A DNA stretch of 24,000 bases from an uncultured Planctomycetaceae bacterium (GTDB lineage: Bacteria > Planctomycetota > Phycisphaerae > SM23-33), in NCBI GenBank assembly GCA_964392945.1, contig CAYMSH010000027.1, forward strand, positions 1 to 24,000, written 5' to 3'. Positions 1 to 5,937 of the stretch are shown here, piece by piece (position 1 is the stretch's first letter; each line of letters opens with the position of its first letter). The notes beneath the pieces were generated by a model. It was not told the DNA's origin. It saw only the letters and a program-made list of their open reading frames with translations, and ran no database searches. The position numbers and the translations under genes were made by a program.

Positions 1-57
1 GCTGAACTTCTCGCTCATTCTGTCCGAGACTGGCTTGTTTTGCTACATGGTATCTAA

Positions 58-97
58 CGGGGCGACAGAGTCGTGCGGCTGCGTTTCTGTCGCCCCG
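58..97. other. GC-rich stem-loop (12-bp stem, 16-nt loop) downstream of kptA
   Basis: CGGGGCGACAGA (58-69) is the exact reverse complement of TCTGTCGCCCCG (86-97). No clear U-tract follows on either strand. Confidence 0.5.
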
Positions 98-124
98 CTG
101 GGGCTCTTTAAAGAGAGTCAAATA

Positions 125-186
125 CCGGGCCCTCACGGACCCGGCTAAGGCCTGCCTGTCGGCAGGCCCTATCGGCCCTTCGGGCC
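125..186. other. Cluster of three short GC hairpins (possible terminator or REP-like structures 3' of kptA)
   Basis: CCGGG(125-129)/CCCGG(140-144). GGCCTGCC-TGTC-GGCAGGCC (149-168). GGCCC-TTC-GGGCC (174-186). The GGCCCT motif recurs. Confidence 0.4.
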
Positions 187-252
187 CAAGTAAGCCTCTG
201 TCGGCCCTGCGGACCTGAACAAACAGCTGGTTTAATCATCTCATGGGAGATG

Positions 253-807
253 TCAATCTTCAGGGAACTGAAGATACTCGGGGCCAACGCAGTCGGTAAG
301 CCACACTCCGTTAGTCGACAGGAAGAACTCCGCGCCGGCGGCCGCCAGGTCAGCGGCGCGGACCTTGAGTACAATCGGTCTACCGTATCGCCGTCCGACA
401 CTCTCGGCCGTCTCGGCGTCAGGCGACAGGTGTACGTGATGGCGCTGGCGTTTGACCAGGCCCTGGGCTTTGATCGCCTTGATATTCCCCGCGGCCGTCC
501 CGTGATAGAGAATCTCCGGCGGATCGGCGGCGCTGTAGCCTAAGTCCACGTTGATCGAGTGGCCCTGGCTGGCGCGGATCATTGCGCCGTCGGCGCTGAA
601 TTCGAACCGCTTCTTGTCGTTCGTAGCGACTACCTCTTGGAGCTGCTCGAAGCTCATGGCCCGCCCGACTTCTCGGCATCCGCGCAGCAAGACATCGACG
701 CGAACCCAACCGGAATGGTCAGGTTCAACGTCGATAGTCTCGGGCCGATGCCGGAGCACCAGCGAGAGGAACTTGCTGATGCGCGTTTTCTTTTTCTCGT
801 TCATCAT
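253..807 (-). CDS. kptA: RNA 2'-phosphotransferase (Tpt1/KptA family)
   Basis: 184-aa ORF that aligns by eye along its full length with E. coli KptA. Matching segments: SKFLSLVLRHRPE (Arg-His), DKKRFEF, IRASQGHS, LYHGT, RHHVHLS, NGVWLT. Same strand as rtcB and 34 nt downstream of it. Confidence 0.9.
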   Translation of the reverse strand: MMNEKKKTRISKFLSLVLRHRPETIDVEPDHSGWVRVDVLLRGCREVGRAMSFEQLQEVVATNDKKRFEFSADGAMIRASQGHSINVDLGYSAADPPEILYHGTAAGNIKAIKAQGLVKRQRHHVHLSPDAETAESVGRRYGRPIVLKVRAADLAAAGAEFFLSTNGVWLTDCVGPEYLQFPED

Positions 808-841
808 CTGATTCTCATCGCGCCTCGGCGCGGGGGCCGAA

Positions 842-2245
842 TCAATCTTCGGGGCGCTGGCCGCCGGGCGCCATCTTCACCAGCCGCGGATCGAATCTGC
901 CGATCGGATCGACAAGATCGCGCTGCGCCCGCATGACCTCTTCGATATCCTTGTACGCCATCGGCGCTTCGTCCAGGCCGGCGGAGATCAGCTCCACGCG
1001 ATTGGCCTTGAGGAACTTCTTCACGTCCGACCAGGTGAACATCTCCTTGGCCTTCTTGCGGCTCATTCGTCGCCCGGCTCCGTGGGACGCCGAGTTCAGC
1101 GATTCGGCGCAGCCCTTTCCGCGCACAACGTAACACGGGGTGGCCATCGAACCGGGAATAAGCCCCAGCACGCCTTTTTCGGCCGGCGTAGCGCCCTTGC
1201 GGTGCACGATGACCTCACGCCCGTCGTGGATCTCTTTCCACGCGAAGTTGTGATGGTTCTCGATATCCGCCAGGACCTTGGCCCCGATGTTCCGCACGAC
1301 GTAGCGGTGAATCAGTTCGTGGTTCGCCGCGGCGTATCGGCCCATCAGCTCCATGGCGGCCCAGTATTCCTTACCGGGTTCGCTGTCGAGATCGAACCAC
1401 GCCAGGTGCAGCAAGTCGCGAGGCAGTTCGGGGTGCAGCTCCATCGCAAGTTTGCTGTAGTGCTGTGCGATCATTCCGCCGACGCCGCGCGAGCCGCTGT
1501 GGCTCAGCAGAGTCAGGTACTGACCGGCGGGCAGTCCCAGTTCGTCGGCTTCAAGCGTAAGCACGCCGAATTCCGCGAAGTGGTTCCCGCTTCCGCTGGA
1601 GGCCAGCTGGCGCCAGGCCTTGTCCTTGTGCTTGAGCGTGATCGGCGAGACGGTCCAGTCTTCGTCCATCACATCGTGCTCGCGTCGATGCCGCGAGCGG
1701 AATCCGCCGCCGACTCCGAAACACGTCTCGCGATTCAGTGCGCCTTTCAGGCGATCGGTTTGTCCTTCGATCGCCGAGGCCGGCATGTCCAGCACGCTCA
1801 TTTTCATGCGGCATGCAATGTCCATTCCAACTGCGAACGGGATAACGGCGTTGTCAGTGGCCAGCACTCCGCCGATCGGCAAACCGTAGCCCATGTGCGC
1901 GTCCGGCATGAGCGCGCCGCATACGGCGACCGGCAGACGGCTGGCCGATTCGAGCTGCCCAATCGCGTTGTCGTCCAGATCGCGGCCCCACTGTCGCCAG
2001 GGCGCTGGCTCTGCGCGCGGCTCGAACGTCTTGCGCGCCGCTACTCTTTCGATAAGCGCCGAGGCCAGCTCGCCCCAGATCGCATCTTCGGTGTGATCTT
2101 CGGGACAGTCGACTAGATCGCCGATGATCTGGCGCATCTGCTGCTTGTGCACACCGGCCTTTGCGGCGCGAGCTACGGTCTTCTGGGCCAGTTTCATCAC
2201 CGGCCCCTTGGGGATTCCAAGATTGCTTAGTTCTCTTGCTTTCAT
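842..2245 (-). CDS. rtcB: RNA-splicing/repair ligase RtcB (3'-phosphate/5'-hydroxyl ligase)
   Basis: 467-aa ORF with RtcB hallmark segments GMDIACRM, SGSGNHFAEF, SHSGSRGVG, ENHHNFAW, SASHGAGR. Its ATG lies 2 nt after the rtcA stop. Confidence 0.95.
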   Translation of the reverse strand: MKARELSNLGIPKGPVMKLAQKTVARAAKAGVHKQQMRQIIGDLVDCPEDHTEDAIWGELASALIERVAARKTFEPRAEPAPWRQWGRDLDDNAIGQLESASRLPVAVCGALMPDAHMGYGLPIGGVLATDNAVIPFAVGMDIACRMKMSVLDMPASAIEGQTDRLKGALNRETCFGVGGGFRSRHRREHDVMDEDWTVSPITLKHKDKAWRQLASSGSGNHFAEFGVLTLEADELGLPAGQYLTLLSHSGSRGVGGMIAQHYSKLAMELHPELPRDLLHLAWFDLDSEPGKEYWAAMELMGRYAAANHELIHRYVVRNIGAKVLADIENHHNFAWKEIHDGREVIVHRKGATPAEKGVLGLIPGSMATPCYVVRGKGCAESLNSASHGAGRRMSRKKAKEMFTWSDVKKFLKANRVELISAGLDEAPMAYKDIEEVMRAQRDLVDPIGRFDPRLVKMAPGGQRPED

Positions 2246-2247
2246 AA

Positions 2248-3282
2248 TTATGCGTCCTTCTTCATATCCGGTTCGACCCGGACTTGGCAGGCCTTCGGCC
2301 CGATTTTCTCGGTAGTAATCTCAACGTCCAGAAACTGCTTGATCAGGTCAATGTTTGTTTTCGCGTGGCGAGTAAGCCCTGTAGTGACGAATCGCCCGCC
2401 GGCCAGAGCCATAGGCACGAGCAGTTGATCGGCCAGGTACGGACCGATCGGAACCTGTGCTGCTAGGTACTTCTGGGCCTGCTGGACCGCGTGGTTGGCG
2501 ACGGCTTTTGCAGGCACGTTGACCTGGCCGAAACCGGTGAACAGTTCAGTAACGTTCTCCGACTCGATCTCCAGCAGCACGACGTTGCCCGGCCCGGCCG
2601 AGTCCCTGCGAACATCAACGTGCAGTTCGTCATCCGACCAGCCGAGCTTTGACTGCACCTTCCGCAACTCCTTGCGTGCGATCTCTTCAGGCAGTCTTGC
2701 GATCATCGCCACGGCCCGCCTCGCTACGGTCCGGCCGCGTTCGATAATCTCCAGCCGTTTGAGTTTTGAGACCGGCTCGATCGTCACGAGGAACTCGCCT
2801 CCGCCGGCGGGGTAGAAACCCGGCCGGATGAGCGTAACGGAAATCTCGGGGCCCATGCGATTAAGAAGCGGAATCAGCGCCTTGGCGAGGAAATCCACCG
2901 GCGGAGCCCAGGGGTTGTGCGTTCCGCCTTGAAGAGTAATCTGCGACGGCTCGTCGGCGGTCATCAGCGCAGGCAGCACGGTCTGCAAGACCAGCGTCGC
3001 GCTGCCGGCGGTGCCCACGGCGAACCGGTAACACCCGCCGCGCACCTGGCCCGGCTCGAACGTAAGGGCCCCGGACCGCATCTCTGCGCCCTGGGCGTTT
3101 CCGCTGCATACTTCCAGCGCGGCTTTCACCGCGGTAAGGTGCTGGCGGAGCAGACCGGGCTTCTTCCGCCCGGCGCGTATGTTCTCTATTCGGAGCGGTT
3201 TTTCCGTCTCCATCGACAACGCGAGCGAAGACCGCAGGATCTGCCCGCCGCCTTCTCCATATGATCCGTCAATCGTCAACAT
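2248..3282 (-). CDS. rtcA: RNA 3'-terminal phosphate cyclase RtcA
   Basis: 344 aa from the ATG at 3282 (MLTIDGSYGEGGGQILRSSLALS...). AAAGGA Shine-Dalgarno about 9 nt upstream. Also GGTHNPWAPP, ADQLLVPMALAG and C-terminal LTRHAKTNIDLIKQFL (His in the position expected for the adenylylated residue). The ORF-track start at 3474 reads through a tRNA-like RNA and is rejected. Confidence 0.93.
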   Translation of the reverse strand: MLTIDGSYGEGGGQILRSSLALSMETEKPLRIENIRAGRKKPGLLRQHLTAVKAALEVCSGNAQGAEMRSGALTFEPGQVRGGCYRFAVGTAGSATLVLQTVLPALMTADEPSQITLQGGTHNPWAPPVDFLAKALIPLLNRMGPEISVTLIRPGFYPAGGGEFLVTIEPVSKLKRLEIIERGRTVARRAVAMIARLPEEIARKELRKVQSKLGWSDDELHVDVRRDSAGPGNVVLLEIESENVTELFTGFGQVNVPAKAVANHAVQQAQKYLAAQVPIGPYLADQLLVPMALAGGRFVTTGLTRHAKTNIDLIKQFLDVEITTEKIGPKACQVRVEPDMKKDA

Positions 3283-3313
3283 GAGTCTCAATCCTTTCGC
3301 CCGGTCTGGGCTC

Positions 3314-3340
3314 GGGGCCCGGGCCGATCGCCCGGGCCCC
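3314..3340 (-). other. Perfect 11-bp all-GC hairpin between the Y RNA array and the rtcA ribosome-binding site
   Basis: Minus strand: GGGGCCCGGGC GATCG GCCCGGGCCCC. No U-tract follows. The rtcA SD is about 17 nt downstream. Confidence 0.6.
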
Positions 3341-3371
3341 ATCGTACCGCCTGCTCGACATTTGTACATCC

Positions 3372-3399
3372 AATAAAAGACCCGCGGCGACAAGGGTCT
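3372..3399 (-). terminator. Candidate intrinsic terminator ending the Y RNA array
   Basis: Minus strand: AGACCC (3399-3394), loop TTGTCGCCGC, GGGTCT (3383-3378), then TTTATT (3377-3372). The stem is only 6 bp. Its loop contains the 3' basal strand of module Y-4, so the two folds may compete. Confidence 0.4.
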
Positions 3400-3507
3400 G
3401 GAGAAACATTTCCGGTGCTCTACCAATTGAGCTATTGCGAACATGCTCGCAAGCGGGACTCGAACCCGCAGCATCCGGCCAAATGTAGTTACTCCGGCAT
3501 TCGCCGC
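3384..3507 (-). ncRNA. Y RNA-like module Y-4 (permuted tRNA mimic, YrlA type)
   Basis: Minus strand 5'>3': GCGGCGA(3507-3501) ATGCC GGAG TAACT ACATTT GG CCGG ATGCT [GCGGG TTCGAGT CCCGC 3469-3453] [TTGCGA GCATGT TCGCAA] TA [GCTC AATTGGTA GAGC] A CCGG AAATGT TT CTCC AGACCCTTG TCGCCGC(3390-3384). The order is T arm, loop-closed acceptor helix, complete D arm. The enclosing stem takes the place of the anticodon stem. Ends are approximate. Confidence 0.75.
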
Positions 3508-3551
3508 CGGCCAAATGCCGACGCCCGGTTCTCACCGGACGCCGACGCCTA

Positions 3552-3697
3552 TGCGTTACGACAAGTTATGACGAAACGTTTTGCGCGCTCTACCGCTGAG
3601 CTACAGCCCCAATAGATTCGTTAAATGGAGCCGGCGGGATTCGAACCCGCGACCTCGGGTACCTTAACCTTGTAGTTCCGTCCGCATTCGTGACGCA
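3552..3697 (-). ncRNA. Y RNA-like module Y-3 (permuted tRNA mimic)
   Basis: Minus strand: TGCGTCACGA(3697-3688) ATGCGGA CGGAAC TACAAGGTTAAGGTACCCG AGGTC [GCGGG TTCGAAT CCCGC 3650-3634] [CGGCTCC, 16-nt loop, GGGGCTG; 7 bp including 2 G-U] TA [GCTC AGCGGTA GAGC] G CGCAAAAC GTTTCG TCATAACTTG TCGTAACGCA(3561-3552). The basal helix is 10 bp with one mismatch. CGGAAC/GTTTCG forms a second helix. Confidence 0.65.
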
Positions 3698-3708
3698 GTT
3701 TTTTCGCC

Positions 3709-3844
3709 CCGGTCGGCGACAAACGTTGGCCAGACAGTCTTACTGAGCTATCTCGACGCTAATCGAGAGCGAGATCTGAACTCGCGACCTCCCGCACGAG
3801 GCGGGCGCTCTAACCATGTAGTCTGGGCGGCATTCGCCGACCGG
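3709..3844 (-). ncRNA. Y RNA-like module Y-2 (tRNA mimic opened in the D-loop)
   Basis: Minus strand: CCGGTCGGCGA(3844-3834) ATGCCGC CCAGAC TAC ATGGTTA GAGC G [CCCGC CTCGT GCGGG] AGGTC [GCGAG TTCAGAT CTCGC 3785-3769] [TCTCGA TTAGCG TCGAGA] TA GCTC A GTA AGACT GTCTGG CCAACGTTTG TCGCCGACCGG(3719-3709). The basal helix is a perfect 11 bp. CCAGAC/GTCTGG and GAGC/GCTC also pair. Confidence 0.7.
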
Positions 3845-3864
3845 TATGCATTTAGTTTTCAAAA

Positions 3865-3950
3865 TGGCGACAAGTGGTGGCGTGAGATTCCGCTTTCGCG
3901 ACCGGGATTCGAACCCGGATTACCGATGTACTCACGCCGGCATTCGCCAA
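3865..3950 (-). ncRNA. Y RNA-like module Y-1 (minimal: T-arm mimic plus GNRA mini-helix)
   Basis: Minus strand: TTGGCGA(3950-3944) ATGCC GGCGTGAG(3938-3931) TACATCGGTAAT [CCGGG TTCGAAT CCCGG 3918-3902] T [CGC GAAA GCG 3900-3891] GAAT CTCACGCC(3886-3879) ACCACTTG TCGCCA(3870-3865). It has an 8-bp helix plus a 6-bp basal helix and no D arm. Confidence 0.65.
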
Positions 3951-4137
3951 TTGCATTCGTCTGGGACCGACATTCGCCGGTCAACGGCGATTGGGACCTT
4001 TCGACCGCAACCGCCGGTTAAGTAAGCCGCCCCCCCGCGCGGCCTACAGTTTGATGTTCTTTGATCAGATCGGGAGACCCGGATAGAATCGGCGCTTCAA
4101 TTCAGCTTGGTTTTTCGCCGTCTGGCCTGCTCTCGAC

Positions 4138-5715
4138 CTACAATTTTACATCTTCAATCTGACCGACCCAGTAGCCCGCCTGCGACCGACCCGCGGCCAC
4201 GTCTGCGATCAGGCCGAACACCTTGTCGCTGAAACCAGCAACGTTGATGATGTCATCACGCTCTGCAGCCTGGGTGGTGTCGTAAGGCTGGATGTCGATG
4301 CAGACCATCTTCGCCTGCGGATTACGCCGCTTGAACACGGCCCATTCCTTCATAGTCGCAGTGGCGCTTCCGCCGCATCGGCCGTAGTACGGCGAGTCAA
4401 CCCACGATTCGTTGTCCGAAACGTAGATCACCAGATCGCCCCGGGCCTTGCGAGCGTTCAAGTGTCGCAGCGGCGCGGCGCAGTTCGTTCCGCCCTGGGG
4501 CAGATTCGCCAGCTTCCGGGCGTTAGTCATCACCGAAGCTCGTGGTTTCAGGGCGACTTTCACGATCTTGGACTCGAACGGAACCACCTGAGTCAGGCGA
4601 TTGGTCCGCAGCATGGCCGCAGCCACGAGAGCCGCAACGTCGATGCATCGCACGACGGTGGTCGAACCCTTTCGGTATCCGGTTACCGGCGAGTGCATCG
4701 ACCCCGAAACGTCCGGGAGCACATAAACCTCGCCGTCAACCACAGGCACGTTCCGCAGCGAGATCTCCAGCGCGTCCTGCAGAGCCCCGCGGATCGCCGT
4801 CGGCAGATCGCTTGAGGCGCACATGTAGGCGGTCATCAACTGGTACGGCAGGACACGAGCCTTTGCGATAAGCTCCGGATCGGCCAGCCGCTCTGCGATC
4901 AGACGAACCATCTTCGGATCGTCCAGCACGCCGTGACGCAGGAAGGTGTTCAGGTTCATTCGAGTCATCTGCCACGAAGCGTTCTCGGCGATGCCCACCC
5001 AATGACGCTTGCCCAGCTCCAGACCGGTCAGCATCTGGAAGGGAACGTCCGGGGCGTCGATCGCAGCGCGATCGTCAGAGCACTTGAACCGATCGTAAGC
5101 ACGCACTACCTCGGGCAGCGCTTCTGCGTTGTGGTCCCGACCCAGCAGGTAACCGTACAGGCTTTCCCGCGAGGCGCTCCCCGGCTTGGGGTGAACCATC
5201 TTGATCACGTCGGCCAGCGACGGAGACGAACCAACCGAACCGGTGAATATTTGTCGATCGGTCCGGTTCGAAAGCCACTGCAGGATCAACCGCTTGGGCA
5301 ACGAGCCGAGGCTCTTTCGACCCACCACGCCGCTTCGCATGATCTGCACAAAGTTCCGCAGCATCTTCGGGTTGTCGATCACTCGATCGAAAACCTCGGC
5401 CAGCAATCCCGGACTGCGAACCGACAGAACGGCGCACAGCAGCGCGGGGGTGTCCTTCATGTACGCGCGCTTTCGGGCATACAACGCCATTCGAGCGACG
5501 AACTCCGGCTCGACTCTACCAGCCAGCTCCAGCACCTGGTCCAACTGCCCCTGGGCCGAAGCGTAGAACGTGGAGTTCAGGCAGCCAGTGGCGGCCAGTT
5601 GCGCCAGTGCGTGGCGATCGTCAAGCCTGTAGGCCTGTCCGCCAGCCTCGTTGACAGCGTTGGTCTTGGGCAACAGCTTGCCGACTATCGATTGAAATAA
5701 AGTCTTGTTAGCCAT
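4138..5715 (-). CDS. rsr: Ro 60 kDa autoantigen ortholog Rsr (TROVE domain + vWA domain)
   Basis: N-terminus typical of Ro/TROVE proteins (MANKTLFQS...NEAGGQAY...FYASAQGQL...YARKRAYMKDTPALL). C-terminal vWA domain with MIDAS motif DVSGSM. Start set at ATG 5715; the ORF track offers an alternative 8 codons upstream at 5739. Confidence 0.92.
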   Translation of the reverse strand: MANKTLFQSIVGKLLPKTNAVNEAGGQAYRLDDRHALAQLAATGCLNSTFYASAQGQLDQVLELAGRVEPEFVARMALYARKRAYMKDTPALLCAVLSVRSPGLLAEVFDRVIDNPKMLRNFVQIMRSGVVGRKSLGSLPKRLILQWLSNRTDRQIFTGSVGSSPSLADVIKMVHPKPGSASRESLYGYLLGRDHNAEALPEVVRAYDRFKCSDDRAAIDAPDVPFQMLTGLELGKRHWVGIAENASWQMTRMNLNTFLRHGVLDDPKMVRLIAERLADPELIAKARVLPYQLMTAYMCASSDLPTAIRGALQDALEISLRNVPVVDGEVYVLPDVSGSMHSPVTGYRKGSTTVVRCIDVAALVAAAMLRTNRLTQVVPFESKIVKVALKPRASVMTNARKLANLPQGGTNCAAPLRHLNARKARGDLVIYVSDNESWVDSPYYGRCGGSATATMKEWAVFKRRNPQAKMVCIDIQPYDTTQAAERDDIINVAGFSDKVFGLIADVAAGRSQAGYWVGQIEDVKL

Positions 5716-5788
5716 CTCGCACCATCCTTTCAAGGCCAAGTTCCAGCCCCTGCTGGAAATAACTCATTCATGCCTTGCCCTCCTATTA

Positions 5789-5805
5789 GCAGCAAGCGTG
5801 CCAAA
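5789..5805 (-). promoter_or_regulatory. sigma54 (-24/-12) promoter for rsr, the Y RNAs, rtcA, rtcB and kptA
   Basis: Minus strand: TTTGGCACGCTTGCTGC. TGGCACG matches the -24 element exactly. CTGC stands in for TTGC at -12, and the GG-to-GC spacing is canonical. It lies about 75 nt upstream of the rsr ATG and faces the divergent sigma54 activator gene rtcR. Confidence 0.6.
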
Positions 5806-5937
5806 CTTGCTGAATAAAAATGTAATAATCGTAAATCGTTGTCTATACGTCTTTTGCGCATGCCCTCGTCAATTACCGTCCACTGGCGACGACAAACAAT
5901 GTTTTATCTTATGGGATAAGTGCCTATCTTTATGGCT

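Noticed and set aside
108-543. Small ORFs 108-401 (-), 250-543 (+) and 419-709 (-).
   Set aside because: They overlap kptA or the hairpin cluster. Their composition is Arg/Ser/Pro-rich and shadow-like, with no start context.
808-841. The CGCGC-CTCG-GCGCG hairpin (818-831) between rtcB and kptA as an internal terminator.
   Set aside because: It has only 5 bp and no U-tract. kptA follows within 34 nt on the same strand, so read-through or co-transcription is more likely. It is noted only as a minor structure.
3283-3474. The ORF track extends rtcA 64 codons upstream (MLRVRVPLASMFAIAQLVEHRKCF...).
   Set aside because: The extension translates the Y-4 tRNA-like RNA: AQLVEH is the usual read-through of a D arm (GCTCAATTGGTAGAGCAC). 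It also crosses a terminator-like hairpin and an 11-bp GC hairpin. The RtcA homology begins only at MLTIDGSYGEGGGQ (ATG 3282), which has its own AGGA SD.
3405-3920. Canonical tRNA genes, suggested by the GGTTCGAATCC T-loops and GCTCAGCGGTAGAGC D arms.
   Set aside because: In every case the strand that pairs with the acceptor 5' half lies upstream of it and directly after the T arm, so the order is permuted. No unit has the order 5' acceptor, D, anticodon, T, 3' acceptor with matching ends. Only one unit has an anticodon-like hairpin, and its loop is 5 nt.
3384-3985. CRISPR array or simple tandem repeat, because GGCGAATGCC and TTGTCGCC recur.
   Set aside because: The repeat spacing is irregular (about 130-180 nt). 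The recurring motifs are complementary halves of stems that enclose structured tRNA-like cores. No cas genes are present. The location between rsr and rtcA fits Y RNAs.
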